From NCBI GenBank assembly GCA_025340205.1, contig CP006868.1:690001-722000 (forward strand): a stretch of 32,000 nt of DNA, given 5' to 3'. Origin of the DNA: Ignicoccus pacificus DSM 13166 (lineage in GTDB: Archaea > Thermoproteota > Thermoprotei_A > Sulfolobales > Ignicoccaceae). The notes under the pieces were generated by a model, which made no database searches, was not told where the DNA came from, and saw only the letters and a program-made list of their open reading frames with translations. The position numbers and the translations under genes were made by a program. Shown here piece by piece: positions 1 to 9,562 of this stretch (positions are counted from its first letter, which is position 1; each line of letters begins with the position of its first letter).

Positions 1-2675
1 TAGGTGTAGGGAATTTCGTGAAGACGCTCACCAACACGGTCACACTCTTCATCTCGACTACTATATACTCTACCATAACCTCAATAACCACTTCGACGTT
101 CATTAAGACCATAGTTAACACAGTAACTACTGTAATAACATCACTAATAACAACTACCAGCGTCCTAACCAAAACAGTAACGACCACCGTAACACAGTTG
201 AAATTCTTATTGGCTACAACCACCACTACGCTGCTTAAGACGGTAACTCAGACGCTGACCGAAACCTTGACCTCGATAGTGACTACTACGTTTAGCACTA
301 CCTTAACCAGTATCAGTACCATAGTAACAACAACAACTAAGGTCATAACAAGCGTCCTAACTAGCACAATAACGCACATACTCTCATTAGTAAAGACCAC
401 CACTCAGACGTTAATTAAATCAATAACCTACAGCACAACACTAACTTCATACATAACCAAGTTAAAGACGCTAACGTATTACATAACTAAGACTCTAACG
501 CTAACTAACAACATAACCACAACAAAGTTAGTCCCAGTAACTAGGATAGTGACAGCTACGTCTACGCTGACTAAGACCTTAACTCTGGTGAACACTACAA
601 CAGTAACTAACATGGTAAAGGTGATATCAAGTACCACTGTAGTGAAGCCAGTAACCGTAACGTCAGTAAAAACTGTATTAATGACGGTAACTACAACTAC
701 CCCAACGACGATAACAAGCGTGATCACCAAAACTTACTATTCTACTATAACCCAAACAGTTACCAATAACTTGACCATAACGAGGATAGTCCCAGTTACG
801 GAAACGCTCACATCCATAGTGACGAGGAACATAACTACCACCTTGACTAAAGTGCTGAAGTTTACCTATACTAGCACGGTTGAGAAGCCCGTCACCGTTT
901 ACTCGACTGTCAGCGCCTTAGTGACACTGCTCAAGACGATCTATAGTACCATAACCGAAGTAACTCCCGTTGCAGTAACCACTACAGTGACTAACGTACT
1001 TACTAAGGTGTTAACCAGTACCGTAACCACCACGTTTACCTCTATATCTAAGATAGTCAGCACCTTGGTCCTTCCAATTAAGAGCGTAATCACTAAGACA
1101 GTAACCAGCACTGTATTAATGCCCGTCACAAAGACTGTAGTAAGTAAAGAAATCGTCCCAGTAACGACCACAGTAATGGTTCCTAAGACGGTAACTTACA
1201 GTACTACCTACACTAAAGTCGTGATAGAGAATCGCACGAAGATAATTCCTGTAACGACCTCTACAGTATTGTACAAGACTCTGACGACAACTTACGTAAC
1301 CACTTCGACGGTGACTCAGGTTGTGCCATTAGTGGTAAGCACATCTAAGGAGATCACACTCACAAAGGTACTAAGAGTTACCTCCACCGTAACTAAGCTG
1401 ATAAGAGTACCAACGACCGTAACGTTCAAGACCACGATAATAAAGACGGTACAAGAGACGCTCACGAAGACCTTAGTAAGCACAATAACCTCAACCGTAC
1501 TCGTTCCAATGAAGTTAGTTACTACATTGATCAGCACAGTAAAGGTGACGGTATCCAAGGTCGGATTACTACCCATATTCAAGACAATCACAGAAACGAG
1601 CAGCACGACAGTAACTGTTACCACACCTACGACGTTGATGATAACAAGTACCAAGATTCTCTTCAAGACGCTTACCACAACAGTAGAGAAGTTAGTATCT
1701 GCAATTAGTACCGTAACGAAGACTATACTTAACGTCATAAAGCTTGTAGTGACAACGACTAACAACGTCGAAAGAGTAGTCCCAGTGATCAAGACTCAGA
1801 CTTACACGACGACCCTTACTACCTTCTCCACTATAAACGTAACCAAGACGATTACGTATACCAAACTCCTCACTACAACTCTCATTAGTCCCCTGACTCA
1901 GAGGGTAACCACTACCTTGACGTACACCTCAATAATAGTAGAGCCTATGCTAGTGCCAAAGACTAAGACATTAACCGTTACCAAGGTTCTGGTGAAGACG
2001 AGCGTTAAGAGCTCTACACTAACGTTGATAGTAAACATAACTCAAACGATCAGCAAGACCTTAACGAAGATAGTGCCTCTCACGTTAACCTTAACGCAGC
2101 CTCCGGTGACGTTAACCACTACCTTAACCAGACTACTAACCAATACCATAACGACAACTTACACTCAAACGGTGACGCAAGTCAAGGTAGTAACGGAGAC
2201 CGTTACTCACACTCTAACTTCAACGTTAACTACTACCTACACCACGATAATACCGATGATAGTGAAGCTCACCACTACAGTCTTTAACACAATAATAAAC
2301 GTATTAACAAGCACTGTAACTACCTTCTTCACCCTATCACTGTCAACCACCTACACCCAGAAGGTATTCATACCGGTGACGCATACGACTACCGTTACTA
2401 AGTTAAACGAGGTCTTAGTAACTACCACGACTACCTCTGTGCTCTACAAGGTAATATCAATAGTAAGCACTACTGTGAGCTTGGTAACTACAACAGTAAT
2501 AAGCACCGTGACGACCACTCTAACCAAGACAGCTACCACCACAGTCACGCTGGTGTCCAGTACGGTAGTGAAGCTGATAATGAATAACACTACAACTATT
2601 ACTAAGACACTGGTAAAGACAATAACCTCGATAATACCGGTGATAATAAACTTCTTCCAAGCTCTGCTGGGGTGA
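1..2675 (+). CDS. Extremely Thr-rich low-complexity repetitive protein, probable surface/secreted fibrous beta-structure protein; 5' partial (frame is open to the window edge)
   Basis: 885-codon uninterrupted ORF from GTG 18. The same frame has no stop back to base 3, so the start may lie upstream. Alternating T-x-T-x with V/I/L/S; 42 Thr in the first 100 residues by hand count; recurring VPVT/KPVT motifs. Confidence 0.75.
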   Translation, partial: GVGNFVKTLTNTVTLFISTTIYSTITSITTSTFIKTIVNTVTTVITSLITTTSVLTKTVTTTVTQLKFLLATTTTTLLKTVTQTLTETLTSIVTTTFSTTLTSISTIVTTTTKVITSVLTSTITHILSLVKTTTQTLIKSITYSTTLTSYITKLKTLTYYITKTLTLTNNITTTKLVPVTRIVTATSTLTKTLTLVNTTTVTNMVKVISSTTVVKPVTVTSVKTVLMTVTTTTPTTITSVITKTYYSTITQTVTNNLTITRIVPVTETLTSIVTRNITTTLTKVLKFTYTSTVEKPVTVYSTVSALVTLLKTIYSTITEVTPVAVTTTVTNVLTKVLTSTVTTTFTSISKIVSTLVLPIKSVITKTVTSTVLMPVTKTVVSKEIVPVTTTVMVPKTVTYSTTYTKVVIENRTKIIPVTTSTVLYKTLTTTYVTTSTVTQVVPLVVSTSKEITLTKVLRVTSTVTKLIRVPTTVTFKTTIIKTVQETLTKTLVSTITSTVLVPMKLVTTLISTVKVTVSKVGLLPIFKTITETSSTTVTVTTPTTLMITSTKILFKTLTTTVEKLVSAISTVTKTILNVIKLVVTTTNNVERVVPVIKTQTYTTTLTTFSTINVTKTITYTKLLTTTLISPLTQRVTTTLTYTSIIVEPMLVPKTKTLTVTKVLVKTSVKSSTLTLIVNITQTISKTLTKIVPLTLTLTQPPVTLTTTLTRLLTNTITTTYTQTVTQVKVVTETVTHTLTSTLTTTYTTIIPMIVKLTTTVFNTIINVLTSTVTTFFTLSLSTTYTQKVFIPVTHTTTVTKLNEVLVTTTTTSVLYKVISIVSTTVSLVTTTVISTVTTTLTKTATTTVTLVSSTVVKLIMNNTTTITKTLVKTITSIIPVIINFFQALLG

Positions 2676-2710
2676 TGAACTAGGTATATATTTTTCATAT
2701 CAAAGGAGTA

Positions 2711-2728
2711 GTTTATACATGTATAAAC
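2711..2728. promoter_or_regulatory. Perfect 18-bp palindrome GTTTATACATGTATAAAC containing TATA-like elements upstream of porG
   Basis: Sequence equals its own reverse complement; about 32 bp upstream of the ATG at 2760. Confidence 0.5.
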
Positions 2729-2759
2729 CCCCTATGCTGTTTTGTAACGGGTTCACCCT

Positions 2760-3314
2760 ATGTCTTTAGTAGAGATAAGGTGGCATGGGAGGGGAGGACA
2801 AGGAGCGGTGACCGCGTCGGAGATTACTGCCATAGCTGCGATAGACCAAGGTAAGTACGCGCAAGCCTTCCCCTCCTTTGGTGTAGAGAGAAGAGGAGCT
2901 CCTGTGGAGGCGTTCACTCGAATCGATGATAAGCCGATATACATAAGGACCAAGGTGTACGAACCCGACATAATTGTAGTACTAGACCCAACTCTCTTAG
3001 GCCCTGAGATAGCGAGGGGCCTCAAGGAGAACGGCCTAGCTGTAGTCAACACTGACAAGAGCCCTGAGGAAGTTAAGAAGCTCCTAGGAAGGGATGACAT
3101 AAAGGTAGCCATCGTGGACGCTACTAAGATTGCCCTCGAGACCTTGAAGAGACCTATAGTAAACACCGCAATATTGGGTGCCTTCGTAAAGGCCAGTGGT
3201 CTGGTCGATCTTGACCACGTTTTGAAGGCTGTTAAATCCAAGGTGCCTCCAAGAACTGTGGAGGCGAACCTTGAAGCTGTTAGGAGAGCGTATGAGGAGG
3301 TGGTGATAGCATGA
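2760..3314 (+). CDS. porG: Pyruvate/2-oxoacid:ferredoxin oxidoreductase, gamma subunit
   Basis: EIRWHGRGGQGAVTASEI ... AFPSFGVERRGAPVEAFTRI motifs; first gene of a gamma-delta-alpha-beta cluster. Confidence 0.93.
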   Translation: MSLVEIRWHGRGGQGAVTASEITAIAAIDQGKYAQAFPSFGVERRGAPVEAFTRIDDKPIYIRTKVYEPDIIVVLDPTLLGPEIARGLKENGLAVVNTDKSPEEVKKLLGRDDIKVAIVDATKIALETLKRPIVNTAILGAFVKASGLVDLDHVLKAVKSKVPPRTVEANLEAVRRAYEEVVIA

Positions 3315-3610
3315 CCTTACCCGGTTGGAAGGAGCTACCCGAAGGAGCGGTCGTTAGGGAGCCAGGAAATACCGTTACCATAAGCACCGGCGAGTGGAGG
3401 GTCTTCAAGCCAGTAATAATCGACGAGAAGTGCACTAGGTGCAGGCTATGTTGGATCTACTGCCCCGATGGTACCATAATTGAGGTCGACGACCCCAACG
3501 CCCCTCTTGGCAAGAGGTACGAGGTGGACTACGAACACTGTAAGGGATGTGGTATTTGTTGGAAGGAGTGTCCGGTTAATGCTATAGAATGGGTACCTGA
3601 GGAGAGGTGA
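3311..3610 (+). CDS. porD: 2-oxoacid:ferredoxin oxidoreductase, delta (2x[4Fe-4S]) subunit
   Basis: Two ferredoxin motifs, CTRCRLCWIYCPDG and CKGCGICWKECPVNAI; 4-nt overlap with porG. Confidence 0.93.
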   Translation: MTLPGWKELPEGAVVREPGNTVTISTGEWRVFKPVIIDEKCTRCRLCWIYCPDGTIIEVDDPNAPLGKRYEVDYEHCKGCGICWKECPVNAIEWVPEER

Positions 3611-3615
3611 TAACC

Positions 3616-4806
3616 ATGGTGAAGATGGTTAGGAAGGCTCTAACCACCAACTACGCGGTAGCCCACGCCGCCAAGGACTCAGACGTCGACGTAATTGCCG
3701 CTTACCCGATTACGCCCTCTACTCCGGCTGCTGAGAAGCTAGCCGAGTACGTGGCAAACGGAGAGCTCGATGCAGAGTACGTCCACGTGGAGTCCGAGCA
3801 TTCCGCAGCCTCCGCCCTAGTAGGGGCCTCTGCAGTAGGGGCTAGGGCTTTCACGGTTACGGCCAGTCAAGGTCTAATCTACATGAGTGAGGTACTGTAC
3901 ATAGCATCCGGTCTGAGGCTCCCGATAGTACTGGGAGTTGCCTCCAGAGCTCTCTCCGCTCCCCTGAGCATCTGGGGCGACATGCACGATATAGCTCCAC
4001 TAAGGGATGCTGGTCTAATCATATACTTCGTGAGCTCCGCCCAAGAAGCCTATGACAGCGTAATCCAAGCGTTCAAGGTTGCTGAAGATCCCAGAGTTCA
4101 CCTACCGGCCATAGTCGATTACGATGGCTTCATAATGAGTCACGTAACCGAGCCCGTGGACGTAATCGACAGAGAGGACGTGCTGAAGTACATACCTAAG
4201 AAGGTCACTTGGAACACCCTAAATCCTAAGCAGCCGATAAGCATAGGTACCGTTGGAGATCCCGATTACTACTACGAGTTCAAGTACCAGCAGCAAGTTG
4301 CCATGGAGAACGCCGTAAAGGTCGCCGAGGAAGCTGATAAGGAGTTCGAGAAGATGTTCGGAAGAGGATATGGTCTGATAGAGGAGTACAGGATGGATGA
4401 CGCAGAAGTGGCTATGATAGCCTATGGCGCTCACGCTGGAACCGCTAGGGTAGCAGTAGACAAGGCTAGGGAGGAAGGAATCAAGGTAGGCCTGATCAAG
4501 CTAAGGCTGTGGAGGCCCTTCCCCACTGAGCACTTAATGAAAGCCTTAGAGAACGTAAGCGTAGTCGGCGTCTTGGACAGAGCTATGGCTCTGGGAGCTC
4601 CTAGGCAGGGCCCGGTAGTCAAGGACGTCATAAGCATGTATGCGAGCGATCCAAGCAAGGCACCGAAGGTAGCTAGTTACGCCCTAGCGATTGGCCAAAG
4701 AGACGTAAAGATAGAGGACCTCGTAGCTGTCGCCAAACAACTCGATGAGTTCGCCAAGGGTAAGGAGATACCCAACAAGACAATCTGTATAGGTCTGAGA
4801 GAGTGA
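3616..4806 (+). CDS. porA: 2-oxoacid:ferredoxin oxidoreductase, alpha subunit (ORF opens at 3607; ATG 3616 preferred)
   Basis: AAYPITPSTPAAEKLAEYV, ESEHSAASALVGASAVGARAFTVTASQGL; purine-rich ggagaggtga just before ATG 3616. Confidence 0.93.
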   Translation: MVKMVRKALTTNYAVAHAAKDSDVDVIAAYPITPSTPAAEKLAEYVANGELDAEYVHVESEHSAASALVGASAVGARAFTVTASQGLIYMSEVLYIASGLRLPIVLGVASRALSAPLSIWGDMHDIAPLRDAGLIIYFVSSAQEAYDSVIQAFKVAEDPRVHLPAIVDYDGFIMSHVTEPVDVIDREDVLKYIPKKVTWNTLNPKQPISIGTVGDPDYYYEFKYQQQVAMENAVKVAEEADKEFEKMFGRGYGLIEEYRMDDAEVAMIAYGAHAGTARVAVDKAREEGIKVGLIKLRLWRPFPTEHLMKALENVSVVGVLDRAMALGAPRQGPVVKDVISMYASDPSKAPKVASYALAIGQRDVKIEDLVAVAKQLDEFAKGKEIPNKTICIGLRE

Positions 4807-4851
4807 TTTTTGTTAAAGGAGTTATATTAAATAATCTAGGAGGTGATTGAT

Positions 4852-5832
4852 ATGGCGTTAAAGGAAGTAGGACCCATGGAGCCGATTAGGACCCACATGC
4901 AGATTCCAAGGGAGGAGCTCATAGCTCCCGGTCATTCAGCTTGCCAAGGTTGTGGTCACTTCATAATAGTGAGGCACTTACTGAAGGCAGCCGGACCTAA
5001 CACGATAGTGGTAAACCCCACAGGATGTCTAGAGGTAGTGACCACCGTCTTCCCCTACAGCAGCTGGAAGGTGCCGTGGATCCACGTCGCATTCGAGAAC
5101 GGCGGTTCGGTAGCCTCTGGAGTGGAGGCTGCCATCAAGAGCTTACAGAAGAAGGGTATCCTCCCTAAGGATGAGAGAATAAACGTGGTGGTCTTCGCCG
5201 GAGACGGAGGTACCGTTGACATAGGTTTCCAGAGCCTCTCGGGTATGTTCGAGAGAAGGCACAAGGTTGTCTACGTACTGCTCGACAACGAGGCCTACAT
5301 GAACACCGGTATACAGAGGTCCGGATCCACGCCCTACGGAGCTTGGACCACCACCACTCCGGTAGGGAAGAGATGGAAGGGAGAGTGGAGAGTTAGGAAG
5401 GACATGATGCAGATAGCGGTGGCTCACCATGTACCCTACGCCGCCACCATAAATCCAGCTTACCCAGTAGATATGTACAATAAGATGGTGAAGGCTCTGA
5501 AGGCCGAGGGACCCGCCTTCCTCCACGCCTACAGCCCGTGCCCGACCGGATGGAGGTTCGATCCCTCTCTAACCGTGGAAGTAGCGAGGATGGCCGTCCT
5601 AACCGGCTACTGGGTGCTGTACGAATATGATCATGGAAACTACAAGGTCACCGTACCTGTGCTGAAGAGGAAGCCGGTGAGGGAGTTCGTGAAGATGCAA
5701 GGCAGGTTCAGGCACATGACGGAAGAACAGATCAAGAAGCTACAAGAGATCATCGACGAGCAAGTAGAGCACATAAACAAGCTAGTAGGAAAGACTGTAA
5801 TTGGACCGGTAGTGGAAGAACAGAAGAAGTGA
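4852..5832 (+). CDS. porB: 2-oxoacid:ferredoxin oxidoreductase, beta (TPP-binding) subunit (ORF opens at 4843; ATG 4852 preferred)
   Basis: CQGCGH, GDGGTVDIGFQSLSGMFERRHKVVYVLLDNEAYMNTG; strong SD aggaggtgat just before ATG 4852. Confidence 0.93.
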   Translation: MALKEVGPMEPIRTHMQIPREELIAPGHSACQGCGHFIIVRHLLKAAGPNTIVVNPTGCLEVVTTVFPYSSWKVPWIHVAFENGGSVASGVEAAIKSLQKKGILPKDERINVVVFAGDGGTVDIGFQSLSGMFERRHKVVYVLLDNEAYMNTGIQRSGSTPYGAWTTTTPVGKRWKGEWRVRKDMMQIAVAHHVPYAATINPAYPVDMYNKMVKALKAEGPAFLHAYSPCPTGWRFDPSLTVEVARMAVLTGYWVLYEYDHGNYKVTVPVLKRKPVREFVKMQGRFRHMTEEQIKKLQEIIDEQVEHINKLVGKTVIGPVVEEQKK

Positions 5833-5835
5833 CTT

Positions 5836-6882
5836 TTATGAGAACTCCTTCGGATCGCCCTTAATTATTTCTCTTAGCAAGGTCGTCGCGTAATATCCTT
5901 TAGGTAAGGTAAAGATCAAGAAAAGTCCCTCGGCACTCTTCCTAAGAACTACCTTGGCGTTATACTTTGGAGATCTTCGGAAGCTTCTTACCTTGAACTT
6001 CTTCAAACTCCTCTTTTCAATACCTTCCTCTTTAAAGTATTCCTTATAAAGATCATAAGTGTCATAGCCGGGCGTCCTGTTATACCACTTGAGGTCGGTT
6101 AGCGCCTTATTGTAAATATATGCTTGGAAGGCACCCAAGAAGATCTCGAACTGAGGGAGGGAGAGTAAGGCCTTTCTCGGAGGAAGGCCCTTAAGCAATG
6201 CCCTAGCCACTTTCCTCTCGATATTTAGATAGGGAGGGGCATCTAGGTAAGCTTTAGGACCCATTTCGTAATACAGTCTCCTTACCTCACGAGCCCTCTC
6301 AGACTCCCAAGGAGTTGGCTCACCTAAGAGTACGTTAATCGCCTCCTCCCACCTTCCTAACAACACCATCTTACCGACCACGTGAGTGATCGGTCTTCTA
6401 GTTCCGAACCTCTGGTAGGAGTATATTCCGGGAACGTCTTTCATTTCATCCAACGTTTCCTTGACATAACCCTCTATGTCACACTTAGATCTCAATCTTA
6501 TTATAAACAAGTTAGCCTTCAGATCGCCTCTCTTTACGCCGCCTTTTCCTATTTTCTTGAGGTAAAGACACTTGTTCTTCCTTTTCCATCTCCACTCACC
6601 GACGTCTACTTTTGACGAGACGTGCTGTACCGTTATCGCGTTAGAGTCCTTGAGACCTGACCAGACCCACCTTCCTCCTAACCCTTTCTCTATTTCCTCA
6701 ATGGCGTTAAAGGTATCCACGTTCTGCTTCAACAGTAGGTATAAGTTCTCATCAACGTCATACACCTTGGGTATTTCAATTACATGAAAGTCCTCAGGGC
6801 GTTGGAGCCAGATCCTACAGGGAGGTATGGTCGACGTGAAGAAACGCTTGAGTCCTATGTAAGCGTCTATTGGGTGAATCAT
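5836..6882 (-). CDS. truD: tRNA pseudouridine synthase D (TruD/Pus7 family)
   Basis: [14 protein letters not shown] catalytic motif and [27 protein letters not shown]. Confidence 0.85.
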   Translation of the reverse strand: MIHPIDAYIGLKRFFTSTIPPCRIWLQRPEDFHVIEIPKVYDVDENLYLLLKQNVDTFNAIEEIEKGLGGRWVWSGLKDSNAITVQHVSSKVDVGEWRWKRKNKCLYLKKIGKGGVKRGDLKANLFIIRLRSKCDIEGYVKETLDEMKDVPGIYSYQRFGTRRPITHVVGKMVLLGRWEEAINVLLGEPTPWESERAREVRRLYYEMGPKAYLDAPPYLNIERKVARALLKGLPPRKALLSLPQFEIFLGAFQAYIYNKALTDLKWYNRTPGYDTYDLYKEYFKEEGIEKRSLKKFKVRSFRRSPKYNAKVVLRKSAEGLFLIFTLPKGYYATTLLREIIKGDPKEFS

Positions 6883-7190
6883 TGGTAGGCGGCTAGGGTT
6901 GGCGGAGTAGGTATTTGAAGCTTCACGGGCTCCTTCATGAACTCCTCTAGACCAGCCTGCTTGATGGCCTCGAGTACTTGCTCGTCGCTCGCTCCCTTCT
7001 CTATTTCTATCTTCTTGTCAAGAGGCTCTATGTGCTTTATGTTTACCCTCCTCCTCTTCACTCCAGTTAAGGACTTGGGGCCGGTTATTACGACGAACTT
7101 ATCATCCACCAACTCTACTATCACGCACTTCCTACCGGCTTCCCTACCAGCTATCTTCACGCAGATCCTTCCGACCTCGATTGCCGGCAC
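6879..7190 (-). CDS. rpl14e: 50S ribosomal protein L14e
   Basis: [53 protein letters not shown]. Confidence 0.95.
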   Translation of the reverse strand: MPAIEVGRICVKIAGREAGRKCVIVELVDDKFVVITGPKSLTGVKRRRVNIKHIEPLDKKIEIEKGASDEQVLEAIKQAGLEEFMKEPVKLQIPTPPTLAAYQ

Positions 7191-7245
7191 TACTTCACAC
7201 CCCTCGTGCCTATCCTAGTCCAGTTTTTAAGGAGTCCGTGAGGGT

Positions 7246-8385
7246 GTGAAGCTCTCCTTGAAAAGGACTGGGGAGTGGGGGTATACAGGTGCTTATGAGT
7301 TGAATCTAGCGCTACTACTGATAGCGATACCATCAGTAATTTCCATCATAGCCTACTTCATACCGTCAGTAAGGGAAGGGAAGAGGATATTCTCTCCAAT
7401 GCCGGGAATGATAGCCTTGAGAATAGGACTAGAGGGAAGGTCGAGGAGGACCACGAGTAAGAGTACTATGTTCATCCTGAACTTGTTCATATTGCTATTC
7501 GCAGTTGCACTGGTATTCGGATATAAGATAATTATAGAGGCGCTGGTTTCAACCCTTCTCCCCAAGTCAGCAGCGAGGGGTCCTGTATTCGTTCCCATAA
7601 TACCGGGAGTGACCATTCCCCTTAATCAGATGGTTACCTTAGTGTGGATTATAGCGGTTAGCATTGCGTTACACGAGTTAGCTCACTACTGGAGTGCCGT
7701 GAGGCAGGGGATTAAGGTCAAGGGCGGTGGCATAGGTTGGTTCCTCTTCTTTCCCATAGCCTTCGTCGAGCCCGACGAGGAAGAACTCATGAGAGCACCA
7801 TTAATAGATAGAATTAGAGTCTACAGCGCCGGTCCAGCTACCAATATGGCACTAGCTCTACTCACTTTGCTTCTCATTCAATACAACACTCATCCGGGTA
7901 TCTACGTCGTTGGGGTAGAGAGGGGTTCGGTGGCTTGGAAGGTTGGCATAAAGCCAGGTGATGTTATAGTGGAAATCAACGGAGTAAAGGTAACGAGCTT
8001 GAAACAGCTTGGTTCTATTATAGAGAAGGCTGGGAGATTTGAGCTCGTAATAGATAGGAACGGAAAACTCATTCACTTGGAAGTCGTAAAGAAGAAGGGA
8101 AGGTTGGGCATTTACGTTACCCCTTGGGCCCCGAGCGGACTATTCAGATCCTTGCCCCCAGAGACAGTAATGGGATTAGTAATGACTTTGTTCTGGATGA
8201 ACGGCATTAACACAGGCTTAGCGGTAATTAATGCCTTACCTCTCTTCATAACTGATGGAGGAAAGGTCTTCTTAGATATAGGGTCGAGATTCAAGAAACT
8301 CGAAAAACCCTTAATGATACTACAAGCAGTAACGGTAATCATGGTAGTTGAGGTATTGATAAACTCTCTCATCATGCTGAGGTAG
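7246..8385 (+). CDS. Site-2-protease-like membrane zinc metalloprotease (M50) with PDZ domain
   Basis: HELAHYW (HExxH), C-terminal NALPLFITDGGK (NxxPxxxxDG), internal PDZ-like GSVAWKVGIKPGDVIVEINGVKV, several TM segments. Confidence 0.9.
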   Translation: MKLSLKRTGEWGYTGAYELNLALLLIAIPSVISIIAYFIPSVREGKRIFSPMPGMIALRIGLEGRSRRTTSKSTMFILNLFILLFAVALVFGYKIIIEALVSTLLPKSAARGPVFVPIIPGVTIPLNQMVTLVWIIAVSIALHELAHYWSAVRQGIKVKGGGIGWFLFFPIAFVEPDEEELMRAPLIDRIRVYSAGPATNMALALLTLLLIQYNTHPGIYVVGVERGSVAWKVGIKPGDVIVEINGVKVTSLKQLGSIIEKAGRFELVIDRNGKLIHLEVVKKKGRLGIYVTPWAPSGLFRSLPPETVMGLVMTLFWMNGINTGLAVINALPLFITDGGKVFLDIGSRFKKLEKPLMILQAVTVIMVVEVLINSLIMLR

Positions 8386-9307
8386 CTTCTTCGTAGACCT
8401 TCTTTATTGCCTCGGCTGCCCTCTTCAGTCTGGCCCTCTCCTCAGGAGAGAGGATCTCTGGCATAGGCCTAGGCCTTCCGGTAATCACTGTCGGAACGGA
8501 TACCGCTACCCTTCCCACACCCTCTATGTTGTATCTCACAGAAACTGGAATTATCTTGGCCTCGTTCGCTAAATAGGATACTACTATCTCTTGAAATGTG
8601 GCAGCCGGTCCCCATATGGTCGCTCCTTGTTTAGCTATGATGCTCGCGGCTACCTCCTTCACGTACTCCTCTATCTGCTCATGACTGATGTTAAGCCCCT
8701 TCTCTTTAATGTATTCATCTATTTGTTGACCCTTTATGGTAACGGTGCTCCAGGCTACGAAGGCTTCCTCTCCGTGCTCTCCTACAACGTATCCATCTAC
8801 CGCCGCTATTGGCACGTTTAGGAGCTCGCTGACGGCTGCCCTGAACCTAAAAGTGTCTAGGCTTGTCCCCGTTCCCATAACGGTGCCCTTGTTACCTATA
8901 ATGTCATCGAGTACCATGGTCATAGCATCTACAGGGTTAGTTATCACGAGGTAGAAGGCTCCAGGATTTCTATCCCTTAGCTTGTCTCCTATGCTTCTTA
9001 TGATATCGGCGTTTACCTTGGCTAGGTCCCTTCTGCTCATTCCCGCCTTCCTAGGCTTCCCCGCCGTTATGACTATGGCATCAGCGTTCTCTATTTTCTC
9101 GATCTGATCATACGCCTCGACGTTTATACTTCTCCTAAACACAGCAGCAGCATGCTTGATGTCCTCCATTACTCCCTTGCTGAGGCCAGGTACTATGTCA
9201 ACTAGGGTCATTCTAGCGACTCCCGGAACTATGGCCATGGTATAAGCGAAGGCCGCTCCTACCCTTCCGGTACCCACGACGGCAACCTTGTAGGGGACAC
9301 GTGGCAC
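8372..9307 (-). CDS. mdh: Malate dehydrogenase (LDH/MDH superfamily)
   Basis: VAVVGTGRVGAAFAY Rossmann motif, TAGKPRKAGMSRRDL, VITNPVDAMT, VVGEHGEE catalytic region. Confidence 0.92.
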   Translation of the reverse strand: MPRVPYKVAVVGTGRVGAAFAYTMAIVPGVARMTLVDIVPGLSKGVMEDIKHAAAVFRRSINVEAYDQIEKIENADAIVITAGKPRKAGMSRRDLAKVNADIIRSIGDKLRDRNPGAFYLVITNPVDAMTMVLDDIIGNKGTVMGTGTSLDTFRFRAAVSELLNVPIAAVDGYVVGEHGEEAFVAWSTVTIKGQQIDEYIKEKGLNISHEQIEEYVKEVAASIIAKQGATIWGPAATFQEIVVSYLANEAKIIPVSVRYNIEGVGRVAVSVPTVITGRPRPMPEILSPEERARLKRAAEAIKKVYEEATSA

Positions 9308-9369
9308 TCTAGACTCACCACTAAGGTAGTAACTTAGGCAGATTAAACTAGTTTATGCTGTATATACTC

Positions 9370-9550
9370 GGAAGGCCGGAGAGGGGTGTTCGACCCCTGT
9401 CCGGCTCCCGGTCTTCATCATCCGCTCGTCGGCGGCCTCTGACCGGTCCATCCTGGGGGACGTTAACGTATTAGTCGGAGGAGCAGAAAAGCGTTGAGCC
9501 AGCCGATGAGGAGTGGCGACGGCTAGATCGGTGAAGAAAGGATACCTCGC
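9370..9550. ncRNA. Possible structured non-coding RNA (GC-rich, hairpin-rich intergenic region); family not identified
   Basis: 101/160 G+C in 9371-9530. Stem GCCGG-ag-AGGGG-tgttcga-CCCCT-gt-CCGGC (9374-9405); CCGGTC 9408-9413 with GACCGG 9441-9446; AGCCG 9501-9505 with CGGCT 9520-9524. TATA-like tttatgc at about 9352. Confidence 0.35.
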
Positions 9551-9562
9551 TGAGGTGGTAGC

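Noticed and set aside
479-1792. Long minus-strand ORFs (83, 76 and 158 aa) opposite the Thr-rich gene, plus 2444-2698 (-)
   Set aside because: Reverse complements of the low-complexity Thr codons (acn -> ngt) give Val-rich pseudo-ORFs automatically; no independent coding signal.
9371-9496. Open + frame ending ...FIIRSSAASDRSILGDVNVLVGGAEKR*
   Set aside because: No ATG/GTG/TTG start after the previous in-frame stop; overlaps the structured GC-rich region.
9370-9550. RNase P RNA, SRP RNA or tRNA identity for the GC-rich intergenic region
   Set aside because: No universally conserved RNase P RNA elements (GGAAAGUCC, ACAGAA..GGCUUA). The gap is too short for an archaeal SRP RNA. The TTCGA at 9389-9393 is the loop of an AGGGG/CCCCT stem with wrong T-arm geometry. 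Kept only as an unclassified ncRNA candidate.
9503-9555. C/D box sRNA candidate (cgatgag ... ctga)
   Set aside because: C box deviates from RUGAUGA and no clear D'/C' pair; too weak to call.
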